Assembly (NCBI GenBank): GCA_006226465.1
Contig: SBHJ01000262.1
Location: 6,092 to 70,091 of the forward strand
DNA: 64,000 nt
Source: Alphaproteobacteria bacterium
GTDB taxonomy: Bacteria; Pseudomonadota; Alphaproteobacteria; Sphingomonadales; Sphingomonadaceae
Direction of reading: 5' to 3'
The notes beneath the pieces were generated by a model. It had not been told where the DNA came from. It saw nothing but the letters and a program-made list of their open reading frames with translations, and did not search any database. A program made the position numbers and the translations under genes. Each line of letters begins with the position of its first letter. Position 1 is the first letter of the stretch. Of the stretch, positions 8,951 through 18,730 are shown one piece after another.

Positions 8951-10050
8951 TGCGCCCGTTCATATCCTCGCTATCCCACTTCCTGTTCGCCGCATTGGCG
9001 CTGCTCGCCTTTGCCGCAATCAGCTCTGTCCCAGCCCAAGCTCAGCAGCTTTGCGCAGCCGATCTCGACGGAAACGGTGATGCCGACGGTCCCGGCGAAA
9101 CCGCAGCGTGCGAGATCACTTCGCTCGGCCAGTATCAATGCCCGCTGCAGAAAGTGTCCTGCGTCCAGGAACAGGACGGCGCCTTTAGCTGCCCGCTGGG
9201 CACACAGTTCGCCTGTCTGCCGCAGGATGGCGGTCCGGCTTGCTCGCCCAACGTCTGCACGGATCTTGCCGTCACGCCGATCGAGGACGAACCGCCCCCC
9301 GATGATCCCGGCGTTCCGGCAGACGGCGCGGTCGATGCGGACGGCGCCTGCCTCGGCAATATCGAGATCTTCTCGGGGCGCGCCGCGCGCTGCCGTCCCG
9401 CGGGCCTGCGCACCACTTTCTCCAATTGCTGCAAGGACAAGGGCAAGATCGTCAAGGACGGCATGGGCGGCTCGGTCTCGTCGATCGGCACCAAGATCGC
9501 GGTCGCCAAGGGCGTGTTCACCGGAATGAAGGCCGCCTACGGCGCATTCCGGGCGGGCGCGACCGCCGGCCAGGCTGCGAGCGCGGGCGCCAACGCGATT
9601 ATCGTCGGCATCGATCCGACCTCGATCGCGATCAGCCTCGCCATCAACTTCATGATGGATTTCCTCCTGAGCGGCTGTGACCAGCAGGACATGGAAGTGG
9701 GCATGCTGCGCGGCTCGGGCATGTGCCACGAGGTCGGCAGCTATTGCTCCTCGAAGATCCTTGGCATTTGCGTCCAGAAGGCCCGCGGCCATTGCTGCTT
9801 CAACACCAAGCTCGGCCGCATCATCCAGGAACAGGGCCGCCCGCAGCTCAAGAGCTTCAACGGGCTCGGCTGGGGCACGCCCAAGCAGCCTTATTGCCGC
9901 GGCTTCACCCCGGAAGAGTTCCAGGCGCTGGATTTCTCCAAAATGGACCTTTCGGAATATTATTCCGAAATCGAGGCCCGCGCCCAGGCCGACATTCAAG
10001 TAGACATGAAGGACAAGATCGATGCCTATATGCAGGTTATCGGCAAGTAA
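8950..10050 (+). CDS. traN: TraN mating-pair stabilisation protein, C-terminal conserved domain
   Basis: IFSG..RC, NCC, CHEVGSYC, CCFNTKLGRIIQEQGRPQL, CRGFTPEEFQALDFSKMDLSE. Has its own signal peptide; TGATG coupling. Confidence 0.93.
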   Translation: MRPFISSLSHFLFAALALLAFAAISSVPAQAQQLCAADLDGNGDADGPGETAACEITSLGQYQCPLQKVSCVQEQDGAFSCPLGTQFACLPQDGGPACSPNVCTDLAVTPIEDEPPPDDPGVPADGAVDADGACLGNIEIFSGRAARCRPAGLRTTFSNCCKDKGKIVKDGMGGSVSSIGTKIAVAKGVFTGMKAAYGAFRAGATAGQAASAGANAIIVGIDPTSIAISLAINFMMDFLLSGCDQQDMEVGMLRGSGMCHEVGSYCSSKILGICVQKARGHCCFNTKLGRIIQEQGRPQLKSFNGLGWGTPKQPYCRGFTPEEFQALDFSKMDLSEYYSEIEARAQADIQVDMKDKIDAYMQVIGK

Positions 10051-10903
10051 CGCGCGCGTCTCGCTCGCGTTAGCAACGCTGATGGTCACGTCGACGGCCG
10101 CGCTGGAGCAGGAGAGCCGACCACAGGCAAATGTGCGGGACAGCGTCGCGGCCGAAGGCGATGCTGCACTCGATCGCCTGGAACGAGCAACTGCGGAGCG
10201 TCGACAAGAAGCCGAAACGCGCGGGCCGACCACCCTCCCCACGCCGTCGTCGGAAACCCGCCGCCGCGCATTCGACGGACTTCGTGGCCGGGTTTCTTCG
10301 CCAGCCATGGATAGCCGCGCCCGTGCTGCGCTCGATCAGGGCAAGGAAGCGATGGCAGCCGAGCGCGAGGTCATGGCTCAGCGCCTCAGCCAAGCGCTGG
10401 GTCTCGAAGCGCCTGAGATGTTGGCAGTCGCTGATGTTGCCGCCCCACCGACTGCCAAAGGCTGGGTGCCGGTGCTGTTTGTCTCGTCCTCGATGCCAGT
10501 CACAACGCTGCGGACCTATGCGGCGCAGCTCGAACGTGCTCGCGGTGTGCTTGCCTTTCGGGGAATGCCCGGCGGAATGCGCAAAGTCGAGCCGATGGCG
10601 AAGCTCTCGGCCGAGGTGCTTCGGCTCGACCCAGGTTGCGAAGGCCCCGCCTGCGCAATGCGTGATGTGCAACTGATCGTCGATCCACTGATCTTCCGCC
10701 AGCATGGCGTCAGCCGCGTCCCGGCAATGGCGATGGTGCCCGGCGATCCGGCGCTTCCCTATTGCGAGCGGGAGGATGACAGTCCACGCGCCACGCACGT
10801 CATCTATGGCGATGCTGCGCTTTCCGGCTTGCTCGAAGAATATGCCCGCCTTGGCGGCAAGCAGGAGGTCAGCGATGCTCAGGCTCGCCTTCAGGCTCGC
10901 TAG
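10022..10903 (+). CDS. trbC: F-type pilus assembly protein TrbC
   Basis: LFVSSSMP, AFRGMPGG, IVDPLIFRQHGVSRVPA, IYGDAAL motifs. Start uncertain. Confidence 0.88.
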   Translation: MPICRLSASNARVSLALATLMVTSTAALEQESRPQANVRDSVAAEGDAALDRLERATAERRQEAETRGPTTLPTPSSETRRRAFDGLRGRVSSPAMDSRARAALDQGKEAMAAEREVMAQRLSQALGLEAPEMLAVADVAAPPTAKGWVPVLFVSSSMPVTTLRTYAAQLERARGVLAFRGMPGGMRKVEPMAKLSAEVLRLDPGCEGPACAMRDVQLIVDPLIFRQHGVSRVPAMAMVPGDPALPYCEREDDSPRATHVIYGDAALSGLLEEYARLGGKQEVSDAQARLQAR

Positions 10904-11471
10904 ATCCGGCTGGACCGAACTCAAGGTACTGCCGCTCAAGGCAGCGGTGGCGCTTGGCAGTTCGGGACTTGGCCAACCCCCACGCCCGGAACAGCTTTGG
11001 AAGGCCTTTGGCATCGTCCTGCCGATCGGCCTCATCACATTTTGGGCCTTGCCCCAAGTGACAATCGTTATGAGCCCTTCGGTCGCGGCGTATCTGATCC
11101 GCAAGGCGCCCGGGCCGATAGCACGGGGCGACCTCGTATCGTTCACCCTGTCCCATCCACTCGCGGGGCCAAAGCCGGTCACGGTCACCAAATATGCCCT
11201 GTGCCTGCCCGGCGATCGCATCTCGATGATAGAGAAGCCCTCGATGTCGCCCGGCAAATGGGATGGCTGGTATTATTGCAACGAACGCCTGCTGGGCGTG
11301 AGCAAGCCTTATGGGCACAATGGACAGGCGCTCGAGCATTGGCAGCCCCGCTATGGCGAGGTCCTGCCCGGCACCATCTATGTCGGTTCCTCTCATGCCA
11401 GCGGATTCGATAGCCGCTACTATGGCCCCATCACGATCGAACGCCTTCGTCGCATGGAGAAGTTGCTGTGA
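10875..11471 (+). CDS. trhF: S26-family conjugative signal peptidase (TrhF-like pilin-processing enzyme)
   Basis: One TM, Ser (MSPSV), Lys (TKYALCLPGD), GFDSRYYGPI. GGAGG before ATG 10875. Confidence 0.85.
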   Translation: MLRLAFRLARSGWTELKVLPLKAAVALGSSGLGQPPRPEQLWKAFGIVLPIGLITFWALPQVTIVMSPSVAAYLIRKAPGPIARGDLVSFTLSHPLAGPKPVTVTKYALCLPGDRISMIEKPSMSPGKWDGWYYCNERLLGVSKPYGHNGQALEHWQPRYGEVLPGTIYVGSSHASGFDSRYYGPITIERLRRMEKLL

Positions 11472-12343
11472 GGCGTGCTGGCCTTTTGCTCGCCATGGCG
11501 TTGGTGTCCACCACCCCCGCAACCGCGCAATCAGCAGCCGATCAACGCACCGGCTATTGGTGGTATCAGGCGCCTGCCAAGCCTGAGGAAGATAAGGATG
11601 ATCCCGATGCACTGGTAAAGCCAGCGATCCCGCCAATGGCGGAGCTCGCGACATGGACACCACCCAAAATTCGCAAGCTGATCGAACAACAGCGGGACTA
11701 TGCCGCGACCGTGCTGACGGTCGATGCCGTCGCCGATTTCTGGCGTTTGCAGGACTTTGCGAGGCGAAAGGCCCGCGCCTTCGCCGGCGTCACCCAGATC
11801 GCGATGCTCCAGCACCCGGAACTCAACGCCAAGTCTGCCAATCCCATGGTGGGCGACGCGCGCGACCAGCTTTCCGCACACAAGGATCAGGTGCGCCGTC
11901 AATATCTGCGCTCCCGCGCTAACGAATTCGCGCTGGTCATGTTCTCACGCTCGACCTGTGGCTATTGCCGGGTCCAGTGGCCCATCGTTCAGCGCTTTCA
12001 GGAAGAAATGGGCTGGCAGGTGTCCATGCAGGACATCGATCGCAAGCCGGAACTCGCCCAGCGCTTCGGTGTCGAGGTTACGCCGACCACGATGATCATT
12101 CGGCGAAATAGCCAGCAGCGTATGGTGATCGCTAGCGGAGTTGAGGCGTACCCCAACCTCATTCAGATGGCCTATCAGGCGGTCCGACTGCTTGCGGGCG
12201 ACATCCGCCCAGAGCAGTTCATGACCGGTGCTGGCGAGGAAGACGGGTTCTTCGACGCGCTTGCCAATGGGCCAGTGTCCGCGACCGATCCGCGCGTCCT
12301 CGGCGGTGATCTGGTCGGCGCAAGCATGGACCCCCAACGATGA
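11468..12343 (+). CDS. traF: Conjugative transfer protein TraF (thioredoxin-like)
   Basis: Signal peptide, GYWWY, CGYC, FGVEVTPT. Confidence 0.9.
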   Translation: MRRAGLLLAMALVSTTPATAQSAADQRTGYWWYQAPAKPEEDKDDPDALVKPAIPPMAELATWTPPKIRKLIEQQRDYAATVLTVDAVADFWRLQDFARRKARAFAGVTQIAMLQHPELNAKSANPMVGDARDQLSAHKDQVRRQYLRSRANEFALVMFSRSTCGYCRVQWPIVQRFQEEMGWQVSMQDIDRKPELAQRFGVEVTPTTMIIRRNSQQRMVIASGVEAYPNLIQMAYQAVRLLAGDIRPEQFMTGAGEEDGFFDALANGPVSATDPRVLGGDLVGASMDPQR

Positions 12344-12924
12344 ATGGCCGGGCGACCTTCGCGTTGCTGATCTCGGTTGTGCTGATCCCGGCGGCGTCAG
12401 CGCAACCGGTCACACGCGAACAGGCGATGCGGGCCGCTATCCATCCCGTCACCACAGAGTCCGAGATGCGCGAATGGCTGGCCCGCGTTCCGGTTACGCG
12501 CGACTGGCCGCCCGATTTTGCCGAAACACTCAAAGGTCAGGCACCTGCCTTCGTCGTAGAAATGAGCACTGCACCAGGCTGTGTTCCCTGTGCGGATCTG
12601 TGGGCAAGACTTGGCGCACTCGGACATCGCTATCGCTGGCAGGTTCGCACGATTGGAACGCAAGAGGCGATGGTTCGCTCCGGTCGGCTCGGCCTACCCT
12701 GGGTCGGCCATCCAGTCGCCTGGGTACGGCCAATCGCAGACCCCAATCGCATCATTCCGATCGCCATCGGCACCGACCATGCGCCCAACCTGGCGCGCAA
12801 TCTTTATCTGGCCGCCAAGATGCTGACGGGCGTGAAGCCCGCTGTCGGCGTGCGCGGCATGTCCAAGTTCACCGGGATCGTGGGCGTGCCCATGCGCCCA
12901 TCCTCAAATCGAGAGAGGAACTGA
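12340..12924 (+). CDS. Exported thioredoxin-like protein (TrbB-like)
   Basis: Signal peptide, CVPC motif, GHP cis-Pro-like loop; between traF and traH. Confidence 0.6.
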   Translation: MNGRATFALLISVVLIPAASAQPVTREQAMRAAIHPVTTESEMREWLARVPVTRDWPPDFAETLKGQAPAFVVEMSTAPGCVPCADLWARLGALGHRYRWQVRTIGTQEAMVRSGRLGLPWVGHPVAWVRPIADPNRIIPIAIGTDHAPNLARNLYLAAKMLTGVKPAVGVRGMSKFTGIVGVPMRPSSNRERN

Positions 12925-12969
12925 CATGGGGCGCCGCTTCCTTTCTCCAACCATCGAAAGGTGCCCGCC

Positions 12970-14394
12970 ATGGCCACCCTGCATCGTCGTCTGAGCCTGA
13001 TCACCTTGCCATTTGTTGCTCTTGGCAGCCTTGCCGCGCCAGCCCATGCCCAAGGTTGGGCGGAAAGCTGGTTCGACAATGTGACCTATACCAGCCCTGG
13101 CAGCTTCGAAGACCAGACCCGCGGCTATGTGACGGCGGGCGGCATGTCGGGCAGGGTCGATGTCCACAACGACTATCTGATGAGCGTGACCTTGCCCAAG
13201 GTGAAGGCTGGTTGTGGCGGGATCGACATGTTCCTCGGGGGCATGTCGTTTCTGGATCCGGATTACCTCGTCCAGAAGCTGGAGAGCATCCTTCAGGCAG
13301 CGCCCGCGGTGGCGTTCCAGTACCTGCTCGAAACCCTCGACGAGAAGATGGGCAACATCATCTCCAAGATGGAAGCGGCCACGAATTTCCTGAACAGCAT
13401 TCAGGTCAATGATTGCCGCCTCGCCAATCGCATGGTGCAGATCGCCAAAGGCGACGACAATATGTCAGGCATCATTGAGGAAATGACCGGCTACAAGTCA
13501 GTGAAGGAGGGCTTCTCCAAAAGCTATCAGCACAGCCGCGAGAAGATTCAGGCCAACGCCAACAGCCCGACCGAAGATTTGAAGGACGCGCTGGAGAACT
13601 GTCCTGCGGAGGTCACCGAGATCTTCAAAACCGGGTCGCTGCTCGCCCATGCTTCGGCGCGCGTCGGTGCGTCCGATTGGGCCGGAGTTATGCGGGCCCG
13701 TGTGGGCGACGTCTATATGCGCTGGGATGCGACCGACAAGGTGCCCATATTCTCAGCCATCCCCGCCTGTCCGCGCCAGGACACCGAGAGCGTCGACGAT
13801 TTTCTCACCGGTAAGGTCCAGTCTCGGACACTGGCGATCCCGCCCACGGCCGCCGATTGCTCGGTCGATGGGGCCGGCAAAGGCGCGCTGATCCTCGCCC
13901 GCTCACGGATGGACTCGATCTCCACCAAAATCCGCACCCGCAGCGCGCTTACGGCCGATGAGCGGCAGTTCGTCGCCAACGTGAAAACATTGCCGATCTA
14001 CCGCCTGCTCGAATGGGGCGTGCGGCAGGGTGTCGTCGACAGCGTGATCGGCGATACCGACGAACTCGTTGCGCTGACGCTCGCCTATCAGATGCTCAAC
14101 GATTTGACGCGCAGTATCGATTTCGCCGTGTCGAACGCCGAACGCGGTGTCAGTGTGGCTGGCGCGAGCGACGCAGGCAACGCCAAGGTTTGCCAGACTC
14201 GCATCCTGACCAAGGGGATCGAGCAACTGCGCGATCTGCGTGACGAAGTGCTGCGCCAACGTGCGCAGATGCGGCAGTCCTACATGGCCGCCCTCAACCA
14301 GGCCAATCTCTCGGCCAGTTATGCCGGTGTCGTTCGCCAGCGCGACCGCGATGCCCGCGATGCCGCCGGCGCCGCCGCCAACCGCAACCGCTGA
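12970..14394 (+). CDS. traH: Conjugative transfer protein TraH
   Basis: PGSFEDQTRGYVTAGG and PKVKAGCGGIDMFLGGMSF signatures; C-terminal coiled coil. Confidence 0.95.
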   Translation: MATLHRRLSLITLPFVALGSLAAPAHAQGWAESWFDNVTYTSPGSFEDQTRGYVTAGGMSGRVDVHNDYLMSVTLPKVKAGCGGIDMFLGGMSFLDPDYLVQKLESILQAAPAVAFQYLLETLDEKMGNIISKMEAATNFLNSIQVNDCRLANRMVQIAKGDDNMSGIIEEMTGYKSVKEGFSKSYQHSREKIQANANSPTEDLKDALENCPAEVTEIFKTGSLLAHASARVGASDWAGVMRARVGDVYMRWDATDKVPIFSAIPACPRQDTESVDDFLTGKVQSRTLAIPPTAADCSVDGAGKGALILARSRMDSISTKIRTRSALTADERQFVANVKTLPIYRLLEWGVRQGVVDSVIGDTDELVALTLAYQMLNDLTRSIDFAVSNAERGVSVAGASDAGNAKVCQTRILTKGIEQLRDLRDEVLRQRAQMRQSYMAALNQANLSASYAGVVRQRDRDARDAAGAAANRNR

Positions 14395-14408
14395 TCGGGA
14401 CCTGTCCC

Positions 14409-17400
14409 ATGAACCCTATTCTCCGCGCCCTATCGGTCCTGATCGCCCTGTTCACGATGTCTTTCGCGGCGACACCCGCGCTGGCGATCGACACGAGTTT
14501 TCACACCTATGATGGCTTTGCCGAGACAGTGGACGCATTCCGTCTTGTCTCGATGATCTTCGGCGATCCCAGATATGAGATGCTGGTGCTGATCGTCGCG
14601 GTGGTCGGCATCGCGCTTGGCGCGCTGCTCGCGAGCGTCAAAGGTTCCGGCATGGGAATCGTGGCCTTCGGGTTCCAGATGCTGATCGGCGTCGGGCTTT
14701 TTGTCGGGCTCGTCGCCACCACGGGCACGGTTCATGTCTATGACCGGGTGCGCAATGCCTACCAACCTGTCGGCGACGTCCCGAACCTGATTGTACTCGT
14801 CGCTGGCATGACCAACATGATGGAACGCGCGCTGGCCGAGGTCATCGACGACAACACGACCGATCCCCATGCCAAGCTGGAATTTGGTGCGGGCGGACAT
14901 AGTTTCGACCTGTTCCTGAACGCCGCAAGCCCGCGTGGTCCGATGACCGATGTATTCCTGGATTCAACGATCAAGGACTATGTGCGGCAATGCTATCCGG
15001 TGGCGCGCGTATCGCCCGCCTATGGTGTCGACGACGATCAGCTTTTCAGGACAACAACGGACCTCCCCTCTGCCTTTGCGGCAATGGCGGGTCCAGCGAC
15101 GTTCAGTACCGTATTCACCTCCGCCGATAAGGGGGGAACTACGGTGAGCTGCAATGAGGCCTGGGACCATATTTCGACGCGGCTGTCGGAGCCAGCGCTC
15201 TTTGACAACTATGTCGCGCAGGTATGCACGCGCACGGGCTACGACATCACCAACACTACTCAGCTTCAGCGATGCCGGGCTAATATTGGCGAGCTCGGTG
15301 GGATGATGATGGACAATCCGGCTTCGCTCCAGCAATTCCTGACCAACGTGATGCTTGGCGGCACGATCGGCGACGTTCTGTTCGAGGACAGTCCAGCCAC
15401 GGCCGCCCGCGTCATGGCCAATCGCGCCGTTGTGTCGAGCGGTCTTGCTACAATGTCCACCGCGAACGAGTGGATGCCGACGATCCGCGCCACGGTGTTC
15501 GGGATCATGCTGTTCATGATGCCAATCGCGCTATTGTTCATCCTGACCCCGATCAACCTGCGGGTCGCCAGTTTCGCGCTCGGCCTGTTCGTGTTCGTAG
15601 CGCTCTGGGGCGTGATCGACGCCGGGATCTATCAACTCACACTCGGCCGCGCGACCGATGTGCTGGCCGAGATGCGCGCCAACAACGTGGCGGCCAATGC
15701 CTGGATGCTGGCCCCCTCCTCGGCGATGAAGGCATTGGCGATCTTCGGATCGTTTCGTACGGCCGCCGCAGGGTTGGCCGGGGCATTCGTGTTCACGGTG
15801 TTCCGCTTCTCGGGCAACGTCTTCACCGCGTTCACCAGCGGTGCGCTCGGCGTCCAGGGCCAGGGCACCGCGGCCGCCGCGCCACTCACGACGAGTGAAG
15901 GTTATGCAGGGGCGCTCGAGGCGCAAGCCAATGCAGCCGGTACGATGGCACGGCGCAGCGCAACATCAAGCTTTGGGGATTTTGGGGAACGCTCCAATTT
16001 CGGTGCGAATCGGGCCTTTGGGGCGGCAAGTCGGGTGATAGGTGAACATGGCGGTGGTGCGGCCGGAACGGCGGCATTCGGATTAGGGGGCCTCGATGCC
16101 GCACGCGAGATGGGCGGTCTCTCCCCTGCCCTCACCGGACGCAGCCTTTCCGATCCCGCAACCGTTCGTGCCGTGCGCGACAACGCCACCACCGCCGCCA
16201 TCCACAATTTCGCTGAAAAAGATGCCCTCCGCGCGCTCGGCACGGGCTATTTCGGTGAGGGACAATCGGGTGAGCGGACCTTTGCCGCTTTCGCGCAAAG
16301 GATGGTCCAGTGGCGCGCTTTCGGCGACCAGCGCGCCTATGAGATGATGCACTCAGGCGCCCAGCGTCATTTCGAGCGTGGTGGTTATGACGCGAAGGAT
16401 GCAGCGCTGAAGGCCTCAACCGTCATCAGCCAGGCTTCAGCCGATCCCACTTTCGCCAAGCTGATAGCCAACACCTATGAGCAGGAACAGATGCTGCGCA
16501 ACGACCTCACAGGGGCACAAATCCAGGTTGGCGCGATGGAAGGGCGGCGGGACTTCGCAGGCGACAATGTAGCACCGATCGAGCGGCGGAACGTCGCCAC
16601 CGAGCAAGCTCACCGGACAGGAAGCAATGAGGGGCAGCGCAACGCTGCATCGATGCTTGGTCTCCCCGTTCAGGAAACCTCCCGCCGCATCGCCTTTATC
16701 AACGCCCTCTCAGGCGAAGCCCGCTCCTCCGCCATTTCCCAACTCTCCCGCGCAACTGGCAGAAATGAAGCGCAAGTACTGCGCGCACTGGAAACATATA
16801 ATGCGGCCGTGCAGGTGGGCACCGCCGATGGCGCGACGGCGGAGGCCGCGCGCGAGGGCACGAGTGTCTATGGACGCACGCGTGAAGCGGCGGGGTACGA
16901 CTTCGCCGAGCGATCAGGAAAGCTCGATGCACAACGAGAGGTCGGCCACGACGGCACGCGTTCAGCCGCCCGGATCGGCGAGCAGCGGCGGCAAGCTGAC
17001 AATGCTGGCTATGCCGAGGGCGCGGCCGCTGCGGGCATGTCGGTGCGGCAGGCGGCGCGGCTCGACAGCTTCATTCGCACTTTGAGCCAGGGCGTCGGCA
17101 ACCAGACCGACATGGCCGAGGGCGGCGCGGCGGGGATCGCCGACCGCGCACGTAACGAACGGCTCACCCGGATCGTGGACAATGAACGACTGACGCGTAT
17201 GCAAAACCTGCTGCGCGATCATGGCGTAGATATGTCGAAGCGCGAGATCGCCATGGCACAGAATGGCGACCTCAGCCTCAACCTGACGCCGGAGACAGCG
17301 GCGCAGATGTGGCGTGGCGGCCTCATCAACGAAAGTCAGCTCGGCGCGGTCGCCAATGGTGGACGCGCCCGGTTCAGCTTTGCCGACAACGATGTGCTGG

Positions 17401-18197
17401 TGTCGAGTTCGGTCGGGTTTCAGCAGTCGGCCCGTAACGACACCAGCACGCGCTTCGAGGCTGGCAAGCAAGCCGGCCCCGACACGATCGAACATTTCCT
17501 GGGTGGCGGCGAGCAAGGCCGGGCGATGATGCAGAACTGGCTGCAGGGTGGGTTCGAGATGGATCGTCACGGCAACTGGCGCCTCAAACCCCAGGTGGCC
17601 GATACGCTCACGCGGGATGTGCAGTCGATCATTGGGCAAACCGGTTGGCAGCGGGGCCTGACACGATCCGCGCAGGATCAGGTGACGATGGGAACGAATG
17701 TCGGGCTTGAACTGGGTGGCGGCATTTCCAATTCGGAAACCGAAGCGGAAACGACTGGCGGTAGAGGCAAAGGGCCTCAAAAGGGGCAGAAAGGATCCCA
17801 GGGACCGACAGTTCAGCAGGCGCACACCACCAGCGGTCGTGTCGGTGCAAATGTCGGATTCACGAGCCGAGACGTCGGAATCTCGACCGAGAATGCGCAA
17901 TCGTCTTTGGATATCGTCAATCACGATGTTCGCAACGCTATAGCCGCAGCTGAGCGCGCCGCTGCTCGCTCCAGTCGTCCAGAAGAAGCCTTCTCTCGCG
18001 AATTGTCGGAACGGATTCTGGGGCCGACGGGTATGCGCAATCGCTATTTGCACGATGCGGATGCAGGCCGTGCTACCTTTGACATCACCGGCCCCTTCAC
18101 TTCAATCGAACAAAACTCCGTTTTGAAGAATGGCAGATTTTCGACTGATGTCGATGGGAGCCTCGGTGATGGCGATAGCAGCTTCAAAAAACGTTAA
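14409..18197 (+). CDS. traG: Conjugative transfer protein TraG (TraG_N membrane domain plus long C-terminal region)
   Basis: 1262 aa; multi-TM N-terminal half (V.DVP, YVRQC, FVALW), long Ala/Gly/Arg-rich C-terminus; follows traH. Confidence 0.92.
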   Translation: MNPILRALSVLIALFTMSFAATPALAIDTSFHTYDGFAETVDAFRLVSMIFGDPRYEMLVLIVAVVGIALGALLASVKGSGMGIVAFGFQMLIGVGLFVGLVATTGTVHVYDRVRNAYQPVGDVPNLIVLVAGMTNMMERALAEVIDDNTTDPHAKLEFGAGGHSFDLFLNAASPRGPMTDVFLDSTIKDYVRQCYPVARVSPAYGVDDDQLFRTTTDLPSAFAAMAGPATFSTVFTSADKGGTTVSCNEAWDHISTRLSEPALFDNYVAQVCTRTGYDITNTTQLQRCRANIGELGGMMMDNPASLQQFLTNVMLGGTIGDVLFEDSPATAARVMANRAVVSSGLATMSTANEWMPTIRATVFGIMLFMMPIALLFILTPINLRVASFALGLFVFVALWGVIDAGIYQLTLGRATDVLAEMRANNVAANAWMLAPSSAMKALAIFGSFRTAAAGLAGAFVFTVFRFSGNVFTAFTSGALGVQGQGTAAAAPLTTSEGYAGALEAQANAAGTMARRSATSSFGDFGERSNFGANRAFGAASRVIGEHGGGAAGTAAFGLGGLDAAREMGGLSPALTGRSLSDPATVRAVRDNATTAAIHNFAEKDALRALGTGYFGEGQSGERTFAAFAQRMVQWRAFGDQRAYEMMHSGAQRHFERGGYDAKDAALKASTVISQASADPTFAKLIANTYEQEQMLRNDLTGAQIQVGAMEGRRDFAGDNVAPIERRNVATEQAHRTGSNEGQRNAASMLGLPVQETSRRIAFINALSGEARSSAISQLSRATGRNEAQVLRALETYNAAVQVGTADGATAEAAREGTSVYGRTREAAGYDFAERSGKLDAQREVGHDGTRSAARIGEQRRQADNAGYAEGAAAAGMSVRQAARLDSFIRTLSQGVGNQTDMAEGGAAGIADRARNERLTRIVDNERLTRMQNLLRDHGVDMSKREIAMAQNGDLSLNLTPETAAQMWRGGLINESQLGAVANGGRARFSFADNDVLVSSSVGFQQSARNDTSTRFEAGKQAGPDTIEHFLGGGEQGRAMMQNWLQGGFEMDRHGNWRLKPQVADTLTRDVQSIIGQTGWQRGLTRSAQDQVTMGTNVGLELGGGISNSETEAETTGGRGKGPQKGQKGSQGPTVQQAHTTSGRVGANVGFTSRDVGISTENAQSSLDIVNHDVRNAIAAAERAAARSSRPEEAFSRELSERILGPTGMRNRYLHDADAGRATFDITGPFTSIEQNSVLKNGRFSTDVDGSLGDGDSSFKKR

Positions 18198-18648
18198 TGC
18201 GAGCCCCGTTGTTGGGACTTATCGGATTGCCGATGTAAAGCGCACCCGATCGTGGGTCGTGAATGTCAGTCGATGCATTGAGATCCTCAAATGCCCGGTC
18301 ATGCTCCTCCCAAAAATCGGCGATATTCGATGAAGCATCGTCAGAAAGGGAACCCCTAACCCCTGCGACTGAAGGTCTAGCTAGCAGATGCCGCACATAT
18401 CCCACGCCCAACACCATCAGCGCGGTCAGCGGGGAGAACAGGACATTCAGGAAACCCGCCAATGCGCTGTCGTAGAAAGCGGTCAGTAGCGTGACCTTCG
18501 TCGATACAGCCATGCCCGCCCACCATGCCGGGATTGCCGCCCACCAGAGCTTGGCGTACCACGGACGCCAGAGCCAATCGGACACATGCTTGCGCGATGC
18601 TCGTAAAGCATCGAGAGTTGCGAAAGTGTGATTAGAGTAATTATCCAC
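18184..18648 (-). CDS. Trp-rich membrane protein convergent with traG; entry-exclusion candidate
   Basis: GGAGG before GTG 18648, 154 aa, two hydrophobic segments, 14-bp 3' overlap with traG. Function inferred from position only. Confidence 0.6.
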   Translation of the reverse strand: MDNYSNHTFATLDALRASRKHVSDWLWRPWYAKLWWAAIPAWWAGMAVSTKVTLLTAFYDSALAGFLNVLFSPLTALMVLGVGYVRHLLARPSVAGVRGSLSDDASSNIADFWEEHDRAFEDLNASTDIHDPRSGALYIGNPISPNNGARINVF

Positions 18649-18704
18649 GACAGAAATCCTCCGTTGGAGGATATCACGCCTATCTGAACAAGAGAAGTTG
18701 AAAA

Positions 18705-18730
18705 TGCGATATTTCCGCAAAAATATCGCA
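18705..18730. promoter_or_regulatory. Perfect 10-bp inverted repeat TGCGATATTT-N6-AAATATCGCA
   Basis: Seen directly between the RES stop and the eex-candidate start; operator or terminator. Confidence 0.45.

Noticed and set aside
8940-8960. traN split as a sequencing frameshift
   Set aside because: The second ORF begins with its own signal peptide and is TGATG-coupled, consistent with two real genes.
8971-11257. Long minus-strand ORFs (445 aa and 395 aa)
   Set aside because: Antisense shadows of traN, trbC and the peptidase in GC-rich DNA; no motifs.
16962-18053. 363-aa ORF antisense to traG
   Set aside because: Shadow ORF with no recognisable domain.
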